64,000 nucleotides of DNA from the NCBI GenBank assembly GCA_963716725.1, contig CAVQUB010000027.1, forward strand, positions 1-64,000. The letters are read 5' to 3'. The position numbers and the translations under genes are program-made. Source of the DNA: an uncultured delta proteobacterium. GTDB taxonomy: Bacteria > Myxococcota_A > Polyangia > Polyangiales > Polyangiaceae. Every line of letters begins with the position of its first letter. The stretch's first letter is position 1. Positions 51,057 through 64,000 of this stretch are shown one piece after another. A model generated the notes under the pieces. It had not been told where the DNA came from. It saw only the letters and a list, made by a program, of their open reading frames with translations, and did not search any database.

Positions 51057-52548
51057 ATGCAAATCGACGTCTACGTCCGCCACCTGCTCCGCCACGGAGC
51101 CGAGGCGCTCGAGCTCCAGAGTGACCAGGTCGCGCGCTTCTGCTTCGAGAGCGGCGAGCGGCTCACGACCAACCGGGTCGACCACAAGCAGCTGGTGATC
51201 ATGCTGCAGGAGTGCATGACCACCGAGCAGATCCAGAGCCTCAAGCAGCGGGGCAACTCGAGCTTTACCTACGACTCGGAGGGCGTTCAGGTCGAGGTCG
51301 TGGTCGAGGCGGAGCACCAAGACAAGTGGCGTATTCGCCTCAGCGCCAAGCGCGGTGACGAGGCAGCGCTGGCCGCCGCTCCGCGCCCACCCATGCTCGA
51401 GCCTCCCATGCCCCGAGTGCCCCAGATCCGCGGGTCCGTCGCACCGCCGCCCGTCCAATCCACGCCGGGCGAGCCTCGCATCAACGTCTACCTGCGCGAG
51501 ATGGTGCGCCTCGGTGCCAGCGACCTGCACCTCGCGACAGGCGTCGAGCCCATGCTCCGGCTGAGCGGCGCAATGACCACGCTGGAAGGTCACGGCAAGC
51601 TGTCAGCCGACCAGCTGCGGGCGCTACTCCTCGAGATCCTGCCGGCGCGCAATCGTCCCCAGTTCGAAGAGACCTGGGACACGGACTTCGCCCACCCTAT
51701 CGTCGGGGTCGCGCGCTTTCGCGCCAACTACTTCATGGATCAGAACGGTCCGGGCGCCGTCTTTCGCCAAATCCCCTTCGACATTGGTCCCCGTCGAGCG
51801 GCTGGGGCTGCCGCCCAAGGTGCTCGACCTCTGCTGGCTCACCAAGGGGTTGGTGCTGGTCACCGGACCGACTGGCAGCGGCAAGAGCACGACGCTCGCG
51901 ACTTTGGTCGACTACATCAACCAGAACCGCGCCGACCACATCATCACCATCGAAGACCCCATCGAGTTCGTCCACCCGAACAAGCGCTGCCTGGTGAACC
52001 AGCGCGAAGTGGGCGTTCACACCAAGAGCTTCAAGGCCGCGCTGCGCGCCGCTCTGCGCGAAGACCCCGATATCGTGCTCGTGGGCGAGATGCGCGATCT
52101 CGAGACCATCGCCATCGCGGTCGAGACCGCCGAGACCGGTCATCTCGTGTTCGGCACGCTGCACACGACCAGCGCGACCAGCACCATCGACCGCATCATC
52201 GATCAGTTTCCGCCGGAACAGCAGGCGCAGATCCGCACCATGCTCAGCGAGTCGTTGCGCGGCGTCATCGCCCAGGTACTGTGCAAGAAGAAGGGGGGCG
52301 GTCGGGTGGCTGCCTACGAGATCTTGGTGACCACGCCGGCCGTGGCGAACTTGATCCGCGAGGGCAAGACCTACCAGATCCCGAGCCTGCTCCAGACCGG
52401 CCGCGCGCTCGGCATGCAGACCCTGAACGACCACCTCTTGCAGCACGTGAAGGCCGGGCTGGTCGAGCCGAAGGAGGCGCTCATGAAGTCGAACGACAAG
52501 CAGACCTTCAAGGATCTCCTGACGAAATCCGGCGTGAAATTCGACTGA
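51057..52548 (+). CDS. pilT: PilT-family twitching ATPase with extra N-terminal domain, frameshift near 51785
   Basis: GASDLHL, RFRAN, GPTGSGKST, TIEDPIE, ALREDPD..LVGEMRD and GHLVFGTLHT motifs. Confidence 0.9.
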
Positions 52549-52573
52549 ACCGCGAAGGCGCCCCCAGCGGGCG

Positions 52574-53485
52574 TCAGGCCGTCGCAGGCCGCTCAGCGAC
52601 TCGGGCTGCCGGCGCTCCCGACTCGAGCGTAGAAACTGGGGCTTTCTCCCAGTTCGAAAGCATCACCTTCTTAGACGGCGTGCGCAGGTCCCACACCAGG
52701 CCCGTCCACGACATCAACTTCAGCACGTAGTAGCTGATGTCGATCTCCCACCAGAAGAAGCCTTGGTTGGCCGTTGACTGGTAGTAGTGGTGGTTGTTGT
52801 GCCACCCCTCCCCAAGGGTGATGAGCGCGAGCAAGAGCGAGTTCTTGCTGGTGTCGGTGGTCGCATAGCGCCGGCGTCCGAACACATGGGTGACCGAGTT
52901 GATGACGAAGGTGCCGTGATAGACCAGCGCCGTCGAAAGGAAGAACCCGCCGAAGAGCGCGCTGGCTCCACCGATGGAGTAGCAAGCCAACGCGAGGACA
53001 ACGGGAGGAACGAGATGCCAGCGGTCGAGCCATACGAGCTCGGGGTACTTGCTGAAGTCCTTGATCTGCTCGCTCGGCGTCACCTCGTACTTCTCGCAGA
53101 CGATCCAGCCCATGTGGCTCCACCAGAAGCCTCGCTTGGGTGAGTGGATGTCGCTGGGCAAGTCCGAGTGTTTGTGGTGGTGGCGGTGATGCCCCGCCCA
53201 CCAGAGCACGCCCTTCTGCGCGGCCGCGCCGCCGCCGAACGCGAAGACGAACTGCATCAGCCGCCCGGTCTTGAAGGCACGGTGCGCGAAGTAACGGTGG
53301 AAGCCTGCGGTGATGAAGAACATGCGCACGAGGTAGAGCGCGCCGCAGAGCACGGCTTCTGTCCAACCAAAGCCCGTCCACAGGATGCCGAAGGGCATCA
53401 GGTGCATCAGGATGAAGGGGATCGACTTGATCCAGCTGACGCGTTCGTCCGCCCCGCGTTTGTACCGTTCTGCGGCGAATCCCAT
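52574..53485 (-). CDS. Acyl-CoA (delta-9) fatty acid desaturase
   Basis: His boxes HRYFAH, HRHHH and GEGWHNNHH. Confidence 0.92.
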   Translation of the reverse strand: MGFAAERYKRGADERVSWIKSIPFILMHLMPFGILWTGFGWTEAVLCGALYLVRMFFITAGFHRYFAHRAFKTGRLMQFVFAFGGGAAAQKGVLWWAGHHRHHHKHSDLPSDIHSPKRGFWWSHMGWIVCEKYEVTPSEQIKDFSKYPELVWLDRWHLVPPVVLALACYSIGGASALFGGFFLSTALVYHGTFVINSVTHVFGRRRYATTDTSKNSLLLALITLGEGWHNNHHYYQSTANQGFFWWEIDISYYVLKLMSWTGLVWDLRTPSKKVMLSNWEKAPVSTLESGAPAARVAERPATA

Positions 53486-53572
53486 CCGTTCTTGATAGAA
53501 AATGGACCGTCAGGTTACAGCCACATCTCTGTCATTTCGTCCTGACACGGCCAGTCCGCATATTCTGAGTTC

Positions 53573-54565
53573 ATGATTTCGCCATCGCTCCGGCTGGCGT
53601 TCGCCTTCGCGCTGCTCGTGCCGACCAGCGCCGCGGCGCAAGGCGTCGACCCGTCAGGAACGCCCGCGCCCGCTGGCAGCGCGACGGGAGCACTTCCGCC
53701 TCAGCCCGCAGCGCCACCCGGCCAGCCGGCAGCGGCGCCACCGGCGACGGCCGCGGCGGGCGCCCCGCCGCCCGCGGGCACCCCGCCGCCCGCGGGCGCC
53801 CCGCCGCCGGGCTATCCACCGCCGGGCTATCCACCGCCGGGTGGCTACCAGCAGTATCCGCCGCCGGGGTACGGCTACGGGTATGGGTACCCTCCGCCGG
53901 GCTACTACTACCCTCCGCCCGGCTACGGCTGGGGTCCTCCGCCGAGACCGAAGCCCGTGTACCCGGAAGACGCGGCGGGACAGACCACACCGTTCATCGA
54001 CGTCCTCACGGCCGGCATCGCCGTCGACAAGCGCTACGGGCACTTCTTCACGGTAGGCGTTCAGGGCGGCGCCTACCTCGCGTCGCGCTTTCGTGTCGTC
54101 GGTCGGGTGCTGTTGTTCACGACGGAGCCCGAAGACGACCTCGCGCACGAGTACTACTCCAACGAGGACGTCGTGCCCGACGGCTACATCGGAGTTTCGT
54201 CGGACCGCCCCGTGGTGCTGGTCGGCGGCGCCATCGGTATCGCTCCGGTGGTGCGCCGCAACTTCGTCTTCGCGCCCGGCATCGCGTTTCACACCACCAA
54301 CGTCGGCGACTATGGGTCGATGCTGACCTTGTCGATGCCCTTCGAGTGGGTGACCGACGACGGTATGCGCATCGGTTTCGAGATCGACATCGGGCGCGCA
54401 TTCGGCGGCAAGATCACCGGCAGGTGCATCAGCCCGCCCTGCAGCGTCGGCGACGAGCAGGAGTTCGACCGACCCGCGGCGCCGGCCTTCCTCGGGGCCT
54501 TCCAGCTCGGCTGGGGCTTCAACCGACCACCGCCGAAATACCCGGAATCCGGGCAGAATCCCTGA
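53573..54565 (+). CDS. Exported protein with PPPGY repeats and beta-barrel-like C-terminus
   Basis: Signal peptide, Pro/Gly/Tyr repeats, alternating hydrophobic strands. Confidence 0.7.
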   Translation: MISPSLRLAFAFALLVPTSAAAQGVDPSGTPAPAGSATGALPPQPAAPPGQPAAAPPATAAAGAPPPAGTPPPAGAPPPGYPPPGYPPPGGYQQYPPPGYGYGYGYPPPGYYYPPPGYGWGPPPRPKPVYPEDAAGQTTPFIDVLTAGIAVDKRYGHFFTVGVQGGAYLASRFRVVGRVLLFTTEPEDDLAHEYYSNEDVVPDGYIGVSSDRPVVLVGGAIGIAPVVRRNFVFAPGIAFHTTNVGDYGSMLTLSMPFEWVTDDGMRIGFEIDIGRAFGGKITGRCISPPCSVGDEQEFDRPAAPAFLGAFQLGWGFNRPPPKYPESGQNP

Positions 54566-54624
54566 TGCGCCTGGGTGCTGGGGCTCGAAGGGCGCCCCCA
54601 GCGATGCTAGGACACGCGCCTCCC

Positions 54625-55110
54625 ATGACTCGCATCACCCTGCGTCTGGCCCTCCCCCTCTTCGCCCTCTCGTCGCTCGCCGCGCTCGGCTGCGAGCACG
54701 ACGAGGCCCCCAAGCCGGAGGCGATCAAACCGGTGCCCGTGGTCAGCCAAGCGCCAGCCGCTGCGACGGCCGCAGCGCCCGTCGCCAACATCAAGGCTGG
54801 CGGCTGTGGCATGCAAGGTGAAGTTCAGGAGCAGGGCGGTGGCTGCGGCCAGGCCAAAGACGAAGCTCCAGGCGGCTGCGGCTGCGCAGGCAAGCACACC
54901 GGGAAGGACACCGACAAGGCGGGCGGGCCAGTGGTGCCGGTCACGCAGGCAAAGCTCGGAGACCGCACGCGGTGTCCGGTCACGAATTCGGTCTTCATCG
55001 TCAGGGGCGATTCACCGAAGGCCGACCACGGTGGCAAGACCTATCACTTCTGCTGCGACGGGTGCGTCACGCGCTTCAAGAAGGATCCGAAGCAGTTCCT
55101 CGAGACCTGA
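54625..55110 (+). CDS. YHS-domain lipoprotein
   Basis: LGC lipobox; CPV..GKTYHFCCDGC..F..DP. Confidence 0.8.
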   Translation: MTRITLRLALPLFALSSLAALGCEHDEAPKPEAIKPVPVVSQAPAAATAAAPVANIKAGGCGMQGEVQEQGGGCGQAKDEAPGGCGCAGKHTGKDTDKAGGPVVPVTQAKLGDRTRCPVTNSVFIVRGDSPKADHGGKTYHFCCDGCVTRFKKDPKQFLET

Positions 55111-55120
55111 GCGGCGCTGG

Positions 55121-58830
<3,710 letters not shown>

Positions 58831-58834
<4 letters not shown>

Positions 58835-59784
58835 GGGGCTGTCTTCTTGCGTTCTGCGGGAGTTTTCTGGGCAAATGCGCTAACGACTTCGAAGTAGGGC
58901 TTGGTCCGCTCGCGCGACGTGATCTGGCACTCGCCCACCACGAGCCCCGCTTGGCGAAGCCAGCGGCGCAGGTCGCTGGGATCGAAGCCGGGCTGGATGT
59001 GTCCATATGCGGCGGTAACGTCCCGGTGCGTGTGCGGGGCGAGGGTGACCAGCGCCAGCGTGCCTCGAGGTCTGAGGACCCGAGCCGCTTCAGCGATGGC
59101 TCGCGCCGGACGTTCAGCGTAGGTGAGCGTGTTGAGCATCAGCACCTGGTCGAAGCTCGCGTCGGCAAACTCGAGCGCGTGCATGTCTCCGACCACGACC
59201 TGCACATTGGCGTGGCGCCCCAATCGGGCACGGGCAGCCTCGACCACTCGCTCGCTGCGGTCGACGCAGGTGATGTCACGGGCGCGGGGCGCGAGCAGAT
59301 CTGCGATGGCGCCATCTCCCGAGCCCAAGTCCAGCAGGTCGCCGAACTGCACGAAGCCAATCAACCCGCGAGCCGTCGCCTCCCACGTTCGCCCGGGTGA
59401 ATAGTGTCGCTCCATCTGGCCCGCGATGAAGTCCGGCCAAGGCACGGCGCTCGAAGCTCGCAGGCGCTCGCGGCGCGCGCGGTCGCTCTCCAGCAGCGTG
59501 TCGTCGAGATCCGCACGAACCAGCTCCCAGAATCGACGTGCCTCGTTGGGCATGGAGACGTCGTTGACGGCGTACTTCGTAGACGCGCCGATCTTGCGGT
59601 CTCGCAACAGCCCCGCTTCGCGCAGGCGTCCGAGGTGGGTCGACACTCGGGACTGCGGCAGCTCGGTGATCGACGTGAGCTCGGCGACGGACAGCTCCTC
59701 GTCCGAGAGCAGCGCGAGGAGCCGCACCCGGGTGGCGTCCCCGAACACGTGCAGCAGCTCGACGGTGGAATCGACGGAGGGCAT
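58831..59784 (-). CDS. ArsR HTH plus SAM-methyltransferase regulator, SahR/SamR-like
   Basis: [31 protein letters not shown] and LDLGSGDG; overlaps the metH start. Confidence 0.85.
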
Positions 59785-59787
59785 TCT

Positions 59788-59811
59788 ATCCGGTCATCCT
59801 GATGACCGGAT
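59788..59811. promoter_or_regulatory. Palindromic operator candidate for the ArsR-methyltransferase regulator
   Basis: ATCCGGTCATC-CT-GATGACCGGAT, 3 bp upstream of the start codon. Confidence 0.65.
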
Positions 59812-59901
59812 GTTAGTAGGGCCCAACCCCGTTTCGTCAAGCCGAAGGCAAAAGAGCCCGGAAGCACTGGGCCTCCGGGCTCGAAACGCGGCTCGCGGCG
59901 A

Positions 59902-60264
59902 TCACTTCTCGGCTGAGGGCGGCGGGAGCGGTGCGCCGCCTTCGGCAGCCGGCGGAGTCCAGCCCGCCGGCGGAGTCCAACCCGCGGGCGGTTGCCAGCC
60001 GGGCGGCGGCTGGAAGCCTGGCGGGAAGGGCGACGGCTGCGCCCCTGGCTGCGCGGGAGCTCCAGGCTGCGCGGGCGGCGGGCCCGCTTGAGGAGGCGGC
60101 GCCTGGGGAGCGGGCTGCACGCCCGGAGGCGGTGCGCCAGGCGGGGGCGGTCCCGGGGGCGGCTGCTGATTGCGTGGTGGTCCGCTGTCCACGTAGCACC
60201 CCGCAGCGCCCATCACTCCCGTGAGCATTGCGGCGGCCAAGAACCTCTCACGATCGATCTTCAT
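59902..60264 (-). CDS. Pro-rich small lipoprotein
   Basis: MKIDRERFLAA leader, AAGC lipobox, PPAGW repeats. Confidence 0.6.
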   Translation of the reverse strand: MKIDRERFLAAAMLTGVMGAAGCYVDSGPPRNQQPPPGPPPPGAPPPGVQPAPQAPPPQAGPPPAQPGAPAQPGAQPSPFPPGFQPPPGWQPPAGWTPPAGWTPPAAEGGAPLPPPSAEK

Positions 60265-61553
60265 CACGCATCCTGCCTTTCAAAGCGTTCACGACATGCG
60301 GCCCGCGCTACCTCCGCGTCATCGAAGGGGAAGCTCTGGTCGCCGATCCACTGCGTCGTTTCGTGACCCTTTCCAGCGATGACGACGATATCACCGCGCC
60401 CTGGGTGAGCAATGCCGATCGCGCGCGCGATGGCCAACCGACGATCGAGCTCCGTCATCACTCGAGGCTCACTCGATACGGTACTACGGTCGGGCGCCGG
60501 GCCGCCTTCCCTCAACGCGCTCGCCCTCGCGCCCTCGACCACGGCCCGGGCGATGGCCCCGGGATCCTCGCCGCGGGGGTTGTCGCTGGTCACCACCACG
60601 GCATCGGACCAACGCGCCGCGACTCGGCCCATTTCGGCGCGCTTTCCCGGATCGCTGCCGCCACCACAACCGAAGACACACACCACGCGACCCCCGCCGC
60701 AGAGCCGCCGCGCGAGCTCCAGTGTTCGCCCTAGCGCGTCGGGCGTGTGCGCGTAGTCCACGACCACCAGGGGATCGGCGTGCACGCGCTCGAAGCGCCC
60801 GCGCACCCCGCTGAAGCTCCCGAGCCCGCGAGCGATGGCGTCCGCCTGGTAGCCGAGGGCGTGAGCCGCGAGGGCTGCCGCCAGCGCGTTGTCCACGTTG
60901 TGCTCACCCACCACCGAAATCGAAAGCTCGCGCCCGAGCGCGTCGGCGAGGGGGCTCGGCTCGAGGCCCACTCGGCACCCTTCTCGACCAAGCTCCACTT
61001 GCGACGCGACGAGCGCGAGGGGGAGCGCGTGGCACTCGGGCCGAACTCGCCCGCGGCCCGCCGCGTAGGCCAAACGACGCACGGGGTGGGGGGTGACTTC
61101 GTCGAGCAACGCGCTGGCAGGATCACAGGCGTTGAGCACGGCGCAGCCGTCCGGGGGCAGCAGCATGAAGAGCTGCGCCTTGGCCGCGAGGTAGTGCTCG
61201 GGATCACCGTGATAGTCGAGGTGGTCACGGCTCAGATTGGTGAAGGTCGCGACCTTCGCGGGCCAGCGCTGCGCAAAGCCCTCGGCCAGGGCACGTGACG
61301 TGGTCTCGAGGGCGAGGGTGCGGATGCCCGCCTTGGCGCCGAGGCGGATGGCGTTCGCAAAAGCCTCGAGGGTCGGCCCCACGGCCACCGGTTCTCCGTT
61401 CACCCACGCGCCGAGGGTCGTGACGCGCGCGGAGGGCTCCCCGCTCGCAGCGACGATCGCTTCGATCATGCTCGTGGTCGTGGTCTTGCCGTTGGTCCCG
61501 GTGACGGCGGCGGTCGCGAAGGCCGAGCGCAGCCCGAGATCGATCTCGGTCAT
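60264..61553 (-). CDS. Mur ligase, MurE-like, lacking the N-terminal domain
   Basis: VTGTNGKTTT, FTNLSRDHLDYH, GRFE, VDYAHTPDAL, SDNPR and AGKGHE motifs. Confidence 0.88.
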   Translation of the reverse strand: MTEIDLGLRSAFATAAVTGTNGKTTTTSMIEAIVAASGEPSARVTTLGAWVNGEPVAVGPTLEAFANAIRLGAKAGIRTLALETTSRALAEGFAQRWPAKVATFTNLSRDHLDYHGDPEHYLAAKAQLFMLLPPDGCAVLNACDPASALLDEVTPHPVRRLAYAAGRGRVRPECHALPLALVASQVELGREGCRVGLEPSPLADALGRELSISVVGEHNVDNALAAALAAHALGYQADAIARGLGSFSGVRGRFERVHADPLVVVDYAHTPDALGRTLELARRLCGGGRVVCVFGCGGGSDPGKRAEMGRVAARWSDAVVVTSDNPRGEDPGAIARAVVEGARASALREGGPAPDRSTVSSEPRVMTELDRRLAIARAIGIAHPGRGDIVVIAGKGHETTQWIGDQSFPFDDAEVARAACRERFERQDA

Positions 61554-63562
61554 TGGAAGCTCGGCGCCTTGCGACCCTCCGCCGCCTTGATCGCCTCGGT
61601 CAGAGCCGAACCGCCGCGGAGGCACGGGTAGCAGTCGGCGAGGCTCAAGAAGCCACAGCCGTTCCGGGCGTTGAAGCTCCTGAGCTTGGAGAGTGCGCGC
61701 ACGTCGGCGAACTGGGCTGCACGAGGCAGGAGCGCCTTGACGCTGGGACAGGTCTTGCTCTTGGCCAAATCGAGGGCGATCAGCAACGCGGGCGTTGCTT
61801 TGGCTCGAACCGAGCTGCCTTCGACCACGCCCTTGGCGATGCGCGCAACCTCTTGCTGGTCTTTGGAGCTGCGGGTCTGGGACCACACGTCGTAGGCCAA
61901 ATCCGCGCCCCGCGATCCCAGCTGCTCGACGGCCAACTCCAGCGCCTCTCGAGTGGTGGCAGCGCTCGTCGCCGCTCGTCGTACGTCGACCTGGAGCGAG
62001 GGCTCCTTCGAGAGCGCGGGGTCGAGCGCGAGAGCCTTCTTGTAGGCGCCGAGGCTCGGCTTCGCATGGCCTATCACGGCCAATCCCCGGGCAAGGGCCT
62101 GCCACTCGGGTGCCGAGCGCTGCGCCTCCGGACGCGCTTGGAGCTTCGCGAGCGCATCACGTTCGCCCCCCCGAGCGCGCTTCAACAGATCTTCGTTTTC
62201 GTCCGGCGCGGGGGCCATTGCCGTGCTGCTCGCGCCGGCAGAGCCGCTGGCTGCGGGCCTCTCCGCGGACACACCGCTGGCGACCAGCACGCCGAAGGCC
62301 GCCAAGAACAACAACCCCGCGAACAGCACCCCAACCGCTGCGATTGCCCAGACCGGCACGCTCTGGCCCCCGAGAACCACCGGCTGCTTCAGCCCCGGAG
62401 CCTTGGCGAACAGCGGTCCCAAGAGCTGACTGATGGGGCTCGGGCGCTTGGGCCAAGCGCCGGTCTTGGCGCTGCCGAGACGCGCGAGTTCATCGGCGCT
62501 CAGACTGAGCACCGTCTCGTCGAACGCCACCTCGCCCGAGGCCGGCGTGGTCGTGCGAGCGACGCCGCCATCGGGTGAAGGAGTCACGGGGACCAGTGCG
62601 GAGAGAGGTGACGACCCCATGACCACCGACGCACACGCGTCGATCCGCGCGATGACGTCCTGGGCCGTCTGCGGTCGCTCGTCGGGGCTCTTGGCCAGCA
62701 GCTGCATCACCAGCGCCGCGACTCTCGGCTCGATGCCCTGGGGCAGGGCGGGCGGCTCGGCGGTCATCTGTCGGGTCAGCACCACCACCAGGTCGTCGTC
62801 GGAGAATGGGGTCCTGCCGCTCAGCATCTCGTAGATGATGACCCCGAGCGTGTAGAGATCGGCCCGCGCGTCCACCGGCGTGCCCGACGCTTGCTCGGGA
62901 GCCATGTACTCCGGCGTCCCGAACACGCTGCCCATCTGGGTGAGCTGGTTCTGGGTTTCGGACAGCTCGATCTTGGCAATGCCGAAATCCAGTACCTTGA
63001 CGAAATACGGGTCGTTGTCCCGCACAATGAGCATCACGTTGTCGGGTTTGAGATCGCGATGAACGATGCCGGCTGCGTGGGCGGCCGAGAGCGCATCGGC
63101 AATCTGGACCGCCACGTGCAGCGCGGCGTCCGGTGGCAGCGGCCCCCCGTCGTCGAGCAATTGCCTGAGGCTCTGGCCTTCGACGTACTCGAGCACCAGG
63201 TAGAACGCGCCGTCATCCAAGCGTCCGAAGTCCGTCGCCGCCGCCACGTGTGGGTGCTCGATGCGCGCCGCCGCTACCGCTTCGCGCTCGAAGCGCGCGA
63301 CGACCTCGGGCAGAAAGGTCATCTCGCGGTGCAGAACTTTGACCGCGACGACCTTGCGCATGTGCACGTGCTCGGCGAGGTACACGGCTCCCATGCCGCC
63401 CTCGCCGATCTGGCGATCGATGCGGTAGCGACCGGCCAGAATCCCACCGACCAAAGAAGTGCGCTCTGAGCTGCCCGAATCGGCGGCGGCTCCTCCCTTG
63501 ACGACGCTCGACTCGGACGGAGCTTCGCGCGCACTCGCTAGCTCACGCGGAGTGTCGACCAA
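61550..63562 (-). CDS. Membrane Ser/Thr protein kinase
   Basis: GEGGMG, VAVK, HRDLKPDN, DFG and GTPEYMAPE motifs; TM helix; start uncertain. Confidence 0.93.
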   Translation of the reverse strand: MVDTPRELASAREAPSESSVVKGGAAADSGSSERTSLVGGILAGRYRIDRQIGEGGMGAVYLAEHVHMRKVVAVKVLHREMTFLPEVVARFEREAVAAARIEHPHVAAATDFGRLDDGAFYLVLEYVEGQSLRQLLDDGGPLPPDAALHVAVQIADALSAAHAAGIVHRDLKPDNVMLIVRDNDPYFVKVLDFGIAKIELSETQNQLTQMGSVFGTPEYMAPEQASGTPVDARADLYTLGVIIYEMLSGRTPFSDDDLVVVLTRQMTAEPPALPQGIEPRVAALVMQLLAKSPDERPQTAQDVIARIDACASVVMGSSPLSALVPVTPSPDGGVARTTTPASGEVAFDETVLSLSADELARLGSAKTGAWPKRPSPISQLLGPLFAKAPGLKQPVVLGGQSVPVWAIAAVGVLFAGLLFLAAFGVLVASGVSAERPAASGSAGASSTAMAPAPDENEDLLKRARGGERDALAKLQARPEAQRSAPEWQALARGLAVIGHAKPSLGAYKKALALDPALSKEPSLQVDVRRAATSAATTREALELAVEQLGSRGADLAYDVWSQTRSSKDQQEVARIAKGVVEGSSVRAKATPALLIALDLAKSKTCPSVKALLPRAAQFADVRALSKLRSFNARNGCGFLSLADCYPCLRGGSALTEAIKAAEGRKAPSFQ

Positions 63563-63632
63563 AAGCTTCCTCCAAAGACTGCGTCACGAGATGGCGGTCA
63601 TTGTGGCTAGCCCGGAGCCCCGCGTCGAGCGG

Positions 63633-64000
63633 CTACGACCGTCCGCCGGGAGGCAGCAATTTCGTGTCGTTGCCGGGCCGGCCCCGCACCCCTCGATGCA
63701 GGACGATCTGCCCGCCGGCCTCACGGCCGTGTGAGTAGGCGTCGGAGCGCTGCCCACACGAGTAGCTCGTCCAGCGCACCCGCGGGTGACGCTGGCGGAA
63801 GAACTGCTCCAGATCGCCGTCCCCGACCCAGACCAATCCTTCTTTGTCGTGCTTGCGTTTCTCGGCGTCGAGCTTGTCGCGGAAGCCCGCCATCACTCCG
63901 GAAATGAACGTTCGACGCTCGGCGTTGGCTCCCAGGCGCTGCCTCTGCCGGTAGTCGCGCCACATGCGCTCGGCAGTTTCAATCAAGAAGGCGTGCACGT
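63633..64000 (-). CDS. C-terminus of DUF2786/SprT-like protein (5' outside window)
   Basis: R.F..GV..GF..KL and AY..GREAG..I.L motifs. Confidence 0.5.
   Translation of the reverse strand, partial: VHAFLIETAERMWRDYRQRQRLGANAERRTFISGVMAGFRDKLDAEKRKHDKEGLVWVGDGDLEQFFRQRHPRVRWTSYSCGQRSDAYSHGREAGGQIVLHRGVRGRPGNDTKLLPPGGRS

Noticed and set aside
49940..51790. Split GH31 and pilT genes
   Set aside because: Clustered single-base indels in a short stretch, best explained as locally poor consensus
53760..53940. Short tandem repeats
   Set aside because: They encode low-complexity PPPGY/PPPAG segments common in myxobacterial exported proteins

Overview
The window looks like a chimera of two unrelated genomes, joined at about 20551-20593 by a degraded Oxford Nanopore adapter-like sequence. 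The left part (1-20550) is betaproteobacterial (Rhodocyclales-like). It holds a T6SS effector/immunity/tssA tail, nnr, a DUF1615-HDAC-NYN-DUF429 operon, ccdAB, folE, deaD, elaB-yqjE-yqjK, a YncD/PqqU-type TonB receptor and a NosR/NirI-like gene cut at the junction. The right part (20594-64000) is myxobacterial (Polyangiaceae-like). It holds many lipoproteins, a transglutaminase-elicitor/somatomedin-B protein, a QEGLA peptidase, truD, a radical SAM gene, mutH, an L,D-transpeptidase, nadE-nrtR, an ECF sigma, GH31, pilT, a desaturase, sahR-metH, a murE-like gene and a Ser/Thr kinase. Many genes carry single-base frameshifts that are probably read errors. The most unusual locus is 41999-43661. An atypical tRNA-Ala(TGC) lies downstream of two tandem short leader-peptide/terminator/antiterminator modules. 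Their putative promoter is interrupted by an internally deleted IS630 element, which itself carries a GxxExxY nuclease gene bounded by its own ~37-bp inverted repeats. All taxonomic and family assignments come from motif recognition, not database searches.
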